A DNA stretch of 34,146 nucleotides, taken from positions 1 through 34,146 of the IMG/VR virus record IMGVR_UViG_3300002307_000141; one strand, 5' to 3'. Under the pieces are notes generated by a model that was not told where the DNA came from, searched no databases, and saw nothing but the letters and a program-made list of their open reading frames with translations. The stretch comes from a virus (taxonomy: Duplodnaviria > Caudoviricetes). Made by a program: the position numbers and the translations under genes. Each line of letters begins with the position of its first letter. Position 1 is the stretch's first letter. Below, piece by piece: positions 8,809-17,873 of the stretch.

Positions 8809-10132
8809 TTTTGTTTTGTATGGAGGAGCCATACGTGGGGGCAAGACCTATTGGTTATTGCTTGAGTTAATAGGCATGTGCTTCACCTATCCTAAGTCAC
8901 GATGGATAGTAGTTAGGCAATCATTGCCGACTCTTAAGCAAACCGTTTTGGTGTCGTTTGGGAAGCTTGTCGACCAAGGGCTAGGGCAATATATAGCTAG
9001 CTACAATCAATCTACTCAGACTGTCACGTTCAACAATGGCAGTCAATTAATCTTCATGGCAGAGTCCTTTGACACCGATAAGGAGTTAAACAGATTCAGG
9101 GGTCTGGAGATCAACGGGGCTGGAATAGACGAGATAAACGAGATACAAGAGGTCACGTTTTATAAAATATTTGAACGTGCGGGATCGTGGACGGGATCAC
9201 CCAAATGTCCCATTAAAATAATTGCAACGGCTAACCCAACAAACAATTGGGTTAAAGAAAAGATATACGATAAATGGCGCGATAAAACGCTTAATCCTCG
9301 CTGGGCGTATATACCCGCCAAGATAACCGACAACCCTCATATACCCGAGGATTTCATTCGAAACCTTAAAGACAACATGCCAAGGTACCAATATGAGGTC
9401 TTCGTTAATGGCATATGGGATATTTCTCTTAAGACAGGAGGCGAGTTCTATAAATGTTTTGAATTGGATAACCATGTCGGAAAAACATTATACGATCCAT
9501 TATTGGCACTGCATCTTTCGTGGGATGAAAACGTTAACCCATATTTGCCGGTAGGCATATTCCAGATAAAAGGAAAACACGTGATGATGATTGACGAGAT
9601 AGCCGCCAAGTCGCCTAATAACAAGATTGATTGGGTATGCCGAGAGATAACACGGAGATATTGCAATCACTCATCTGGTATGTTCGTCTATGGAGATGCC
9701 ACCTCTCAGAAGGAAGATGTGAAGCAGATGCAGGGGCACAATCTCTTTAGGCTTATACAACAAGGGCTATCGCAGTTTAAACCTCAACTGAGGGTGTCAG
9801 CAAGCAATCCTAGCGTTGTCGCTAGGGGCATGTTCATCAATACGATTTTTGAAAAACAATTTGAAGGGATATCTGTTACCATAGGTGATAATTGCAAGAT
9901 CGCTATTCAGGATTTTGTAAATTTAAAAGAAGCGTCTGACGGAAATAAACACAAGGAAAAAGAAACCGACACCACAACTGGCGTTAGTTATCAGAAGTAC
10001 GGCCATTTCACCGATTTATTTGATTATTTAATTTGTTTTGCTTTCCGCTCTGAGTTCGAGCGTTGGCAACGTGGCTCAGTATCGTTCTCTAATGTTCAGA
10101 CGGGCAAGCGAATTTCAAAAAACGGGTGGTAA
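8750..10132 (+). CDS. terL: Terminase large subunit
   Basis: LTPKQ, YGGAIRGGKT, AGIDE, ATANP, SWDENVNP, YGDAT, HFTDLFDY; TTG start. Confidence 0.92.
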   Translation: MELTLTPKQREAHKAIQSHDFVLYGGAIRGGKTYWLLLELIGMCFTYPKSRWIVVRQSLPTLKQTVLVSFGKLVDQGLGQYIASYNQSTQTVTFNNGSQLIFMAESFDTDKELNRFRGLEINGAGIDEINEIQEVTFYKIFERAGSWTGSPKCPIKIIATANPTNNWVKEKIYDKWRDKTLNPRWAYIPAKITDNPHIPEDFIRNLKDNMPRYQYEVFVNGIWDISLKTGGEFYKCFELDNHVGKTLYDPLLALHLSWDENVNPYLPVGIFQIKGKHVMMIDEIAAKSPNNKIDWVCREITRRYCNHSSGMFVYGDATSQKEDVKQMQGHNLFRLIQQGLSQFKPQLRVSASNPSVVARGMFINTIFEKQFEGISVTIGDNCKIAIQDFVNLKEASDGNKHKEKETDTTTGVSYQKYGHFTDLFDYLICFAFRSEFERWQRGSVSFSNVQTGKRISKNGW

Positions 10133-10173
10133 TTTTCGTTGCGAATATCTGTGTAGCTACATATTTTATTATA

Positions 10174-10212
10174 TGAATTTAGCTTTTGAATTTTTATTTT
10201 AAGCTAAATTCA
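10174..10212. promoter_or_regulatory. 12-bp perfect inverted repeat upstream of the first virion operon
   Basis: TGAATTTAGCTT-N15-AAGCTAAATTCA, ending 4 nt before ATG 10217. Confidence 0.55.
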
Positions 10213-10216
10213 CATC

Positions 10217-11233
10217 ATGGCTGGATATCTCGTTCTGAACGATTACAATGTTACTATCCAAGCGCCTGCATTGGCGCAATGGCTCGCATCTAATGACGCG
10301 CTAAGGTTGCAGACAGAGCCACGCGCACAAGCGAAGATAAAAGAATACTTAGTTCAGCGATATGACTTGATAGGCGAGTTCAAGCCTACAACTGTGTACA
10401 GCGATGCCACCACCTACCAAGCCAATGCGTTGACACAACTCAATTACCCTGCATGGGTAGCGCAGTCATACACCGTTGGGGCATACGTGAGTTTCACTGA
10501 CGGTAATGTTTATCGTTGCATACAGAATGCAACATCAGCACAAACGCCTACCAACAGCGCTTATTGGTTAGTTATTGGAACGCAATATACATTATTTTAT
10601 TTGGCTTATCCTTACCAAGTGTTCGACCTACAGTCCGTTTACGCTATTGGTGACAGAGTGTTTTGGAATGGCAAGATATACCAATGCCTGACAGCTACCA
10701 CCTATCCAAGCCACTACGTTGACCTCCAAGCCTACGAATACAAGAACATACCTCCAATCAATTATTTTCCGGACGATAAGATCAACGGAGCGACTCAATG
10801 GGGAGCAGGTGTATCGTATAGCATTTCAAATATCTACCCAACTGAAACGGCAATGTCATGGTCAAGCGCAACGAGCTACACCACTGGTCAATTAGTTACT
10901 TATAATGGCGTTCTATGGCAAGCAATAAAATCAAATATTAACACAACGCCAGGAGCGGATATTGTAACGTGGCAATCAGTCACTTGGACACTTGGCGACA
11001 ACCGCAACCAATCAATAGTTGACACCTACGTAGCGATAACATTGTATTACCTTTCGTTCCGAATCTCTCCAAAGGTGGTACCTCAATGGATCCAATCGAA
11101 GTACGACGAGGCTAAGTCTTGGCTACAACAAGCTGCTGAGGGTGGAATTACGCTTGATGTTGCAGAGCTTCAACCGTCACAAGGCGCGCGCATACGTTTT
11201 GGCGGAAATATAAAACAGCAAAATGGCTACTAA
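10217..11233 (+). CDS. Mu gp36/DUF1320-like head-tail connector with inserted CBM5/12-like repeats
   Basis: N-terminal YLVLNDY...IKEYLVQRYD and C-terminal RNQSIV...LYYL...KYDEAKSWL flank three Y-x-x-G-x-x-V-x-[YWF] modules. Confidence 0.72.
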   Translation: MAGYLVLNDYNVTIQAPALAQWLASNDALRLQTEPRAQAKIKEYLVQRYDLIGEFKPTTVYSDATTYQANALTQLNYPAWVAQSYTVGAYVSFTDGNVYRCIQNATSAQTPTNSAYWLVIGTQYTLFYLAYPYQVFDLQSVYAIGDRVFWNGKIYQCLTATTYPSHYVDLQAYEYKNIPPINYFPDDKINGATQWGAGVSYSISNIYPTETAMSWSSATSYTTGQLVTYNGVLWQAIKSNINTTPGADIVTWQSVTWTLGDNRNQSIVDTYVAITLYYLSFRISPKVVPQWIQSKYDEAKSWLQQAAEGGITLDVAELQPSQGARIRFGGNIKQQNGY

Positions 11234-12590
11234 AAATAATGCGAGCTTAACCGCTCGAATAAAAAATATGTTCTTTCCGGGCGTCAAAGGCTCCGGACCT
11301 CCATCGCTTGACACTGGCAAGTATTGGACTGGAATCAACAACAACCCTAAGGAGCTCAATCAGTGGCGTGGTCCTGTACAGGTCAACCGAATCAAGGTTG
11401 ACACGAGCATTTGGCGTACTGCCGTTGCAGAGGCTGAGAGGCCTTTGCCTGCTTTGCCTTTCAGGGTGCAGATGCAAACCATCTACCTTGACACGGTGTT
11501 GAATGGCGTCGTTCAATCGTGTATCCAGAAGCGCAAGAACTTAACACTTCTAAAGCAATTTCATTTGTGCGATGCCCAAGGAAACACAAATGAAGAAGCG
11601 ACTAAATTAATTAATACAGAATGGTTTGCGCTAATGCGCAATTATATACAGGATGCGCAGTACTACGGCTACTCTTTGATTACGTTTGGCGATTTAATTG
11701 ATGGCGAGTTTCCAAATGTTCAAATAACTAGAAGGACCGACGTCAGCCCAGACAGGCTTAACCTTGCGTCGTTCCCTTACATACCGACTGGCTTAAATTT
11801 CACGCAAGAGCCGTATAGCAACTGGTCGCTATGGGTACCAACAGCATCGGAGAACGGAGTTAGTAAGTGCGGCTATGGGCTGCTGTATAAGGTCGCATTG
11901 TATGAAATAATGATGCGCTCGATTCTTGGTTGGAACACTGATTATATTGAGCGATTTGGGCAGCCTACCACCGTTATCAAGACGATAAAAGACAACGATG
12001 AAGAGCGTAACAAGGCTGAGCAAGCCGCGCAGTCGTTAGGTTCGAGTGGTTATATGATTCTTGACATCAACGATCAGTTTGAACTGGTTGGAGCAAAAGA
12101 TTCCGGTAGCGGATGGCAGTCGTATGACAACATGGAAGCGCGGTGTAAGAAGACAATAGCGTCAATATTATTGGGTCACGAGGATGCTATTTCGGGAACG
12201 CCGGGTAAGTTAGGCAGTCACCAAGGAGAGGATGATAGCCCAGTGGCAAAAGCCTTGGCCGAATGCGAAAGCATTGATACGCGTTTTGAAGAGCACGTGA
12301 TTAATAAACATCTGCTTCCTAAGTTAATAGCGCTCGGAATCCCTATTCCCGTTGGGCTAGAGTACCGATTGAAGAACGACAAAGAGACGATAAAGGAGCG
12401 TGAGAACGAAGCTAAGAACGCTCAGGCGTGGGCTAACGTGGCACTTACTATGAGTCAGGCAGGTTTGAAATTAGACGCGTCTGAGTTCGAAGAGCGGACG
12501 AACCTAAAAGCATTAGACGAGCCTACGATGTCAAGTATGAGTAATACCGTCAAGGCGAAGTTAAAGGCAATATATAACAGCCATGGATAG
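11223..12590 (+). CDS. Portal protein (Mu gp29/DUF935-like)
   Basis: YYGYSLI, GLLYKVA, WNTDYIERFGQP, IASILLG; 455 aa; synteny. Confidence 0.85.
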   Translation: MATKNNASLTARIKNMFFPGVKGSGPPSLDTGKYWTGINNNPKELNQWRGPVQVNRIKVDTSIWRTAVAEAERPLPALPFRVQMQTIYLDTVLNGVVQSCIQKRKNLTLLKQFHLCDAQGNTNEEATKLINTEWFALMRNYIQDAQYYGYSLITFGDLIDGEFPNVQITRRTDVSPDRLNLASFPYIPTGLNFTQEPYSNWSLWVPTASENGVSKCGYGLLYKVALYEIMMRSILGWNTDYIERFGQPTTVIKTIKDNDEERNKAEQAAQSLGSSGYMILDINDQFELVGAKDSGSGWQSYDNMEARCKKTIASILLGHEDAISGTPGKLGSHQGEDDSPVAKALAECESIDTRFEEHVINKHLLPKLIALGIPIPVGLEYRLKNDKETIKERENEAKNAQAWANVALTMSQAGLKLDASEFEERTNLKALDEPTMSSMSNTVKAKLKAIYNSHG

Positions 12591-13389
12591 CAAATGGATT
12601 AAGAAGCTACAAGAGCTGAAACAAAAAACAATTGAGCGCATCTATTCAGGCAAGGTGACACCTTTCAATCCGCCTCTGGATATCTATCACTTAACAAATG
12701 ACGCACTTAAAGAGGCTTTTAAAAAAGGAGTTACAGCTGAAATTAGTTTCGACAAAATTGACGAGAAATTCATAAGCGAGATGCACGACAACATCTATTT
12801 TTTTTCGGGCGCAAAAGATTTTCAGCAAGTGTTGCAGATGTCAGATGCGTTACTTGATGATGATGGCAACCTACGTTCTTTTTCTGATTTCAAAGCCGAG
12901 GCAGAGGCTATATTTGACGAGTTTAACAATAATTGGTTGAGGGCGGAGTATAACACCGCCAACGCCACGGCGCGCAGTGCGGTTAAGTGGCAAAGCATCG
13001 AGGCTAACAAGAAGTCAAGGCCTTTTGTTCAGTATAAGGCCACTGAGGACGAGAAGATGTGCGAAATATGCGGAGCTATTGACGGCATGATAGCTCCAGT
13101 AGATAGCCCTGTTTGGAATGGTGAGGGCTGTGTTCCGCAGCACTTCAACTGCCATTGTGTCTTGATGTCTCTTGATGAAGATGATGCAGATAAGGCCGGC
13201 GGCTCGTGGTCTAAAAAGGAATGTGAAGATGCTATAGCCTCGCAAGAAGGTAAAAATAAATTGTTTAATTTTAATGCGGGAAAAGAAAAAAAACTATTTC
13301 AAGATTCCGGGAAGTTCAAGCACCCATATTTCGAAGTGTCAAAGAAGTACAAGCATTTAGCGGAGAAAAATTTTAATCTACCATTGTGA
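12583..13389 (+). CDS. Minor head protein (Mu gpF/SPP1 gp7-like)
   Basis: NWLRAEYNTA, PQHFNCHC, FNAGK...HPYF. Confidence 0.85.
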   Translation: MDSKWIKKLQELKQKTIERIYSGKVTPFNPPLDIYHLTNDALKEAFKKGVTAEISFDKIDEKFISEMHDNIYFFSGAKDFQQVLQMSDALLDDDGNLRSFSDFKAEAEAIFDEFNNNWLRAEYNTANATARSAVKWQSIEANKKSRPFVQYKATEDEKMCEICGAIDGMIAPVDSPVWNGEGCVPQHFNCHCVLMSLDEDDADKAGGSWSKKECEDAIASQEGKNKLFNFNAGKEKKLFQDSGKFKHPYFEVSKKYKHLAEKNFNLPL

Positions 13390-13775
13390 TTATGGAAATT
13401 TTAAAAAAAGAAGTACAAGAAAAAGATAGGGCTATTGGCAATCAGCGCGCTAAGCCTATCTACGACGTGAAGCGACCTGTTGACTTGCAAGGCAGACAGT
13501 TGCCTATACCGCTACAGAAGATACACGCATGCGTTATGCACGCGCGTAAGTGGCATTTGGCATTGAAAACTATTTACCTATGCCCTTCATGGTACGAAAC
13601 GCTAGACAGTTGGACACGTAGGCGTGCTACTGAGCAAGAGGCAGATTTGAAGTGGGAGTTGCTCACATGGGATGGTGTAGAGATTGAGATCATGCCTAGC
13701 AATCATGTCATTCGTCAGCAGTACGGTAGCGATGAAATTGATTGGATTTATTATGAACGTAAGAACGAATCATAA
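13386..13775 (+). CDS. Hypothetical protein
   Basis: Coupled ORF in the virion operon (GTG 13386 or ATG 13392). Confidence 0.65.
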   Translation: MIMEILKKEVQEKDRAIGNQRAKPIYDVKRPVDLQGRQLPIPLQKIHACVMHARKWHLALKTIYLCPSWYETLDSWTRRRATEQEADLKWELLTWDGVEIEIMPSNHVIRQQYGSDEIDWIYYERKNES

Positions 13776-13778
13776 GAT

Positions 13779-14192
13779 ATGGGATCGCGGTTCACATACG
13801 ACAAGAAGTTAGAAGCGCTTAGGCGCGCAAAGGTTGACATGCCTAAAGATCTGGCGTTGTCGGGGGAGCTATATTTCCAAAAAAACTTTGACAATCAACA
13901 ATGGTCGGGCAGTAAATGGGCGCCACGCAAGAAGGAAACTAAAGCAAGTCGCGGACACAATATTCTAGTTAATACTGGTAGGCTGAGGCAAGCGATGCAA
14001 AACACTGTTCTATTTGCAGACTGGCATCTGATTAAATGGGGCGTGGATAAAAATATTAGTTATGCGAAATACCTCAACTATGGAACGTCAAAGATGCCGG
14101 CGCGTACATTTATGGGAGTAGATAATGGGTTAAAGGGAATGCTAAGAAGGAGAATAACAATATCGTGGAACAAAATATTTGAAGCGAAATGA
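13779..14192 (+). CDS. Virion morphogenesis/neck protein (Mu gpG-like)
   Basis: KWAPRK, ILVNTGRLR, YAKYLNYG, MPARTFMG. Confidence 0.85.
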   Translation: MGSRFTYDKKLEALRRAKVDMPKDLALSGELYFQKNFDNQQWSGSKWAPRKKETKASRGHNILVNTGRLRQAMQNTVLFADWHLIKWGVDKNISYAKYLNYGTSKMPARTFMGVDNGLKGMLRRRITISWNKIFEAK

Positions 14193-14758
14193 AACAGGCT
14201 TTTTTGGCTTTACAAGCTTTTTTAATTGCGCAACTAAGCAGCGTGACACTCCCCTCGGGTGCTGTAGTATCTGTAAATTATGTAAGGATGTGGAACAATC
14301 AACTCGAACGGTTGATCAATGGTGATCAGTCTGATCTTTCGTTATTTGGAGTCAATGGCGATACGCCAGCGATACTTATCGAATTTGTATCGCCTGCTAC
14401 AATAATGCATTTGGGTAATGGCGTGCAGATATATGATCCGTTGGATATTCGAGTTCATATATTGCATCAGTTCTTTGATGCGCAAGACGGCACGCAAGAC
14501 CAAGATGTCGTAGTTCTTGACATCGCAGAAGCTGTTTATTTTGCGCTCAACAGTTGGTTTAGTTCAACCGTCGCTTATGGGCAGTTCGTCCGCATTAGTG
14601 AGGAATGGGACTACGACCACCCGGACGTGTATCATTTTGTTCAGACGTATAGAACAACTTATGTTGACACTGCAACTAATTTACCGATAGGCGGAACGCT
14701 ATCAAGTTCTAACGACACATTAACCCTCAACATTCAAACTAATCAACAACCATCATAA
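14189..14758 (+). CDS. Tail terminator/completion protein (Mu gp37-like, putative)
   Basis: YVRMWNNQL, PAILIEF; synteny after the gpG-like gene. Confidence 0.6.
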   Translation: MKQAFLALQAFLIAQLSSVTLPSGAVVSVNYVRMWNNQLERLINGDQSDLSLFGVNGDTPAILIEFVSPATIMHLGNGVQIYDPLDIRVHILHQFFDAQDGTQDQDVVVLDIAEAVYFALNSWFSSTVAYGQFVRISEEWDYDHPDVYHFVQTYRTTYVDTATNLPIGGTLSSSNDTLTLNIQTNQQPS

Positions 14759-15573
14759 TGGCAAATTTTGTTGCTCGCACATATCAATCAATTCAAGCTC
14801 AAATAATATCTCAGGTTAACACGTTGTTGCCTGCTTTGACATCGACAAGCAAGGCCGCTTATTGGCAGGTCTGGTCTTTCATCGTTGCCGTATCTCAGTC
14901 GCTGATGGAGCAACGATTTGTCATACTGCAAAGCCAAGTTGAGGCACTTGTATCTAGCAACGTAGCTGCAACGGTGCCGTGGATAACTCAACAAGTGCTT
15001 TACTTCCAAGACGGCAATACTATTGAACTCCAGAGTAACCTTACATTTGCTTACCCAACACCATCTTATCCAACGCCTATAACATCGTGCGCCGTAGTGC
15101 CATTGCTAAATGGAGTCTTAGCCATTAAAGTAGCCGCATCAGGAGCTCCTTTGACATCTGCCCAGCAAACAGAACTAAAGGCTTACCTAGCTGCTATACT
15201 ACCGGCCGGCATGGCTACTCAAGTCATATCTGCTTCAGGCGATGTTATTGCAGTTACATCTAACGTGTATTATAACGGGCAGTCCAATAGCGTTATATTG
15301 GCTAATACAATAGCAGCAATCAATAATTACTGCTCATTGTTGCCATTCAATGGCCTTGTGAGAGTGTCGGACATAGAGAAGGCTATATTAGCCGTTTCGG
15401 GCGTTGTCGATGTTCAATTGGTTAGCGTAGTAGTTACGCCTTCCTTGGGTAGCCCAGTTACATTAGTGAATGCTTCGCAAACGCTAATACGATCATACCA
15501 GACATATAGCGGTTATCTCATTAATGGAGATGGAGCAGGCGCTGACTTAACATTTATAACTGCGACATCATAA
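14758..15573 (+). CDS. Baseplate wedge protein, gpJ-like
   Basis: ARTYQSIQAQI, TSTSKAAYWQVW, LPFNG, IEKAILAVSGVVDV. Confidence 0.75.
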   Translation: MANFVARTYQSIQAQIISQVNTLLPALTSTSKAAYWQVWSFIVAVSQSLMEQRFVILQSQVEALVSSNVAATVPWITQQVLYFQDGNTIELQSNLTFAYPTPSYPTPITSCAVVPLLNGVLAIKVAASGAPLTSAQQTELKAYLAAILPAGMATQVISASGDVIAVTSNVYYNGQSNSVILANTIAAINNYCSLLPFNGLVRVSDIEKAILAVSGVVDVQLVSVVVTPSLGSPVTLVNASQTLIRSYQTYSGYLINGDGAGADLTFITATS

Positions 15574-16301
15574 TGGTTACATTACCTGCCATATACACAG
15601 ACAATGAAGCCCTAGTGGGTTCTGACTTGACGCCTCCACAAAGGCGTTTACCAAATTGGTTAAACTGGATAGCCGCAATATTGTACCCTCAACAATGGCT
15701 TTCCAACCTATTCAACATGTGGTACACGGGATCCAATGCTCCTGCATGGGTAAGTGGAACGACATACGCATACGGGTACAGTGTTGTCGATATTGATTAT
15801 TGCGTTTATCAATGCATCAATGTTTCAGGCATAACATCTGCATCACCTCCTCACCTAGACAGTGCTAATTGGATTGTGTTACTTGATAATTTTGTTGGCG
15901 TTGGTGAGCGTATGATGTATTCGTCACAGCTGGCAGTGCTTGAGTATCTATTGAATTATCAATACAGCGTTGGTGCGGTGTCATTGCCTTGGACAAGGGC
16001 CTCACAAACAACACAAATATACATAACAAATAATGTATCAACCAATAGTGCTTTATTCTTAACTAACGCGTCATCGTTGACCTTGACAGGCTACTTAATA
16101 AACAATAGCGTTGATGCTTCGCAGTTCATGCACAATGGATCAAGCTCTTTAAATTCTAATTTTACTATTCACGTGCCAAGTGCTGTAGCATCAGCAATAA
16201 CGGCTAATCAACCTACTGGCGTTACCTACGCCAATGTCATTACCGCATTAGTAAGCAAATACGCTCAAGCCAATTATACCTTTAACATCGTAACATATTA
16301 A
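15573..16301 (+). CDS. Baseplate wedge protein, gpI-like, with one CBM5/12-like insert
   Basis: LTPPQRR, SQLAVLEYLLN, NFTIHVP; insert AWVSGTTYAYG...VYQC...NW. Confidence 0.6.
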   Translation: MVTLPAIYTDNEALVGSDLTPPQRRLPNWLNWIAAILYPQQWLSNLFNMWYTGSNAPAWVSGTTYAYGYSVVDIDYCVYQCINVSGITSASPPHLDSANWIVLLDNFVGVGERMMYSSQLAVLEYLLNYQYSVGAVSLPWTRASQTTQIYITNNVSTNSALFLTNASSLTLTGYLINNSVDASQFMHNGSSSLNSNFTIHVPSAVASAITANQPTGVTYANVITALVSKYAQANYTFNIVTY

Positions 16302-16306
16302 AAGAC

Positions 16307-17131
16307 ATGAATCAAATAAACACATCGAACGTCAACGACAGCTTAAACAGAGAACAGCCATTCCTTGCGCCATCTTTGGCTTTCGTTCAAGCCTCGACTA
16401 TTGAGGCGCTAAACAATATTGTGGTAGGTCTTTTGGGGGCTAGTTACAGCACGTCAACGCCTTACGTATTGTTCGGATGCATTCGTTCTGGAGCCATTGA
16501 CGGTGCTAGCTCGGGAAGTGTATCAATTACCGCTGGAGCAATATTTTACAATGGTGAAGTATTCACCGTTCCAGCATTCTCGGGTACTATGGCGAGCGCA
16601 AATGCAGTATATTTCACTCTGACCACAACTAACACAAGCCCTGACCCTGTTACCTTCTCGGATGGCAGTTCGTTCAATGTGCATAACATCAGGCAGATGG
16701 ATGCAAGTGTGGCTACCAGCGGAACGTTTCCGCAATCGTATTGCCAGTACAACTCCTTTGCCCAAAAAGTGGCGTTACAATCTACGTCATCTAACCCGTC
16801 GGTAATAACGCCTAGCGATGGAATCGTAAGGTTATATTACGTAAGTTATCGGGGAACAGCTACATTGTTCAACAACCCGGGAGACGTTGCGCAATTAACG
16901 ACTAGCTTGAATAATAGCTATGCCGGTGGGTTCGTCATGGATACGTGCACGGTGCGCTTGTCTAACTCTGGAGGAAGTGGAGCCTACGAAACAATACAAA
17001 CCGTTGTGATGCAGACCATCAAGGGAATACTGCCAGGAACCACTATCAGCGTGTCGCACAACACGACTGGAACCTCCGGAACAGGAACAGCCACATTGGG
17101 GAATGAAATATTGTCGATTACAGAACTTTAG
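16307..17131 (+). CDS. Baseplate-attached fibre-like structural protein
   Basis: Follows the J/I pair; QPF...LAFVQ and ITAGAIFYNGEVF; S/T/G-rich. Confidence 0.55.
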   Translation: MNQINTSNVNDSLNREQPFLAPSLAFVQASTIEALNNIVVGLLGASYSTSTPYVLFGCIRSGAIDGASSGSVSITAGAIFYNGEVFTVPAFSGTMASANAVYFTLTTTNTSPDPVTFSDGSSFNVHNIRQMDASVATSGTFPQSYCQYNSFAQKVALQSTSSNPSVITPSDGIVRLYYVSYRGTATLFNNPGDVAQLTTSLNNSYAGGFVMDTCTVRLSNSGGSGAYETIQTVVMQTIKGILPGTTISVSHNTTGTSGTGTATLGNEILSITEL

Positions 17132-17136
17132 GCAAT

Positions 17137-17176
17137 AAAAAAAAGGGTAGCCCGTGGTTGGATAGCTACCCTTTTT
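17137..17176. terminator. Intrinsic terminator hairpin, probably for the leftward genes or bidirectional
   Basis: AAAAAGGGTAGC...GCTACCCTTTTT. Confidence 0.75.
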
Positions 17177-17179
17177 ATG

Positions 17180-17203
17180 ACCCTCAGCGATGGGGGTTTT
17201 TTT
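17180..17203 (+). terminator. Second rightward terminator with GNRA loop
   Basis: ACCCTCA-GCGA-TGGGGGT (one G-U pair) followed by a T run. Confidence 0.7.
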
Positions 17204-17513
17204 ATTGGTTTATTGACCCGTTGATCTTAATCACATTGTATGCTATTGCCGCAGCTTCTGTAATTGTTAGCGATTCCAAGCTATTGGTTATACCTTGAAT
17301 TTCGGCAACCTTTTTTAAGTTTATGGTAAACGTGTTTACCTTTGCGGTGTGGCTTAACTCTTCGTTGTACTTCTTGTAGTTTGCAAGCTCTTTGCCTGTC
17401 TCAAGCAGCGCCTTTTCAAGAGCCGAGTTTTTTGCTTCTGCTGATTTTAGAGCTAGATATTCTTTTTTTTGAATTCTCACGCGCTCAGGCGCTTTTGCTT
17501 TTGCTTTTTTCAT
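17202..17513 (-). CDS. Hypothetical basic coiled-coil protein
   Basis: 103-aa ORF with A/C-rich leader, ending at the terminators. Confidence 0.65.
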   Translation of the reverse strand: MKKAKAKAPERVRIQKKEYLALKSAEAKNSALEKALLETGKELANYKKYNEELSHTAKVNTFTINLKKVAEIQGITNSLESLTITEAAAIAYNVIKINGSINQ

Positions 17514-17595
17514 TTGGTTGGATTTTTTTTAGTGCCCGTCATCGGGCATTGGTTGTTTGCGTGGCTTTGGCTTGCTCGCACGCAATCGGAGCATG

Positions 17596-17793
17596 TTAAG
17601 TCTTGGTGTTGTTGTTTGTTTTGGCTTCATATATAGCGACGAGCTTTCGTTGTTCGGGTTCAGGCAATGAATCGTAATATTTTTTAATTATTTCTTGGCA
17701 TAGTGTCGCTGAGCCAATCATCTTACATTGTTTGTCGGCAATAAGCATCATGTACTGACGAGGCTTGAGGGAGATAAGTATCGTTCTTTTCAT
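17596..17793 (-). CDS. Small hypothetical protein, possibly a ribbon-helix-helix-like regulator
   Basis: MKRTILISL beta-like start followed by two helices; divergent from the capsid operon. Confidence 0.55.
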   Translation of the reverse strand: MKRTILISLKPRQYMMLIADKQCKMIGSATLCQEIIKKYYDSLPEPEQRKLVAIYEAKTNNNTKT

Positions 17794-17797
17794 TTAA

Positions 17798-17805
17798 CAA
17801 ATATA
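17798..17805 (-). promoter_or_regulatory. Leftward -7 promoter element
   Basis: TATATTTG on the minus strand, only 4 nt before ATG 17793. Confidence 0.55.
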
Positions 17806-17873
17806 TGTTTTTTTATGTGCGAATTATAAGAATAAATAAAAAAAACACTTGTTCCAAATTAAATTTACACCGT

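Noticed and set aside
17805-17873. Upstream starts in the ORF track (17805, 1200, 1141, 28855, 30873)
   Set aside because: They overlap promoters or upstream genes; downstream ATGs give better leaders and intact signal peptides
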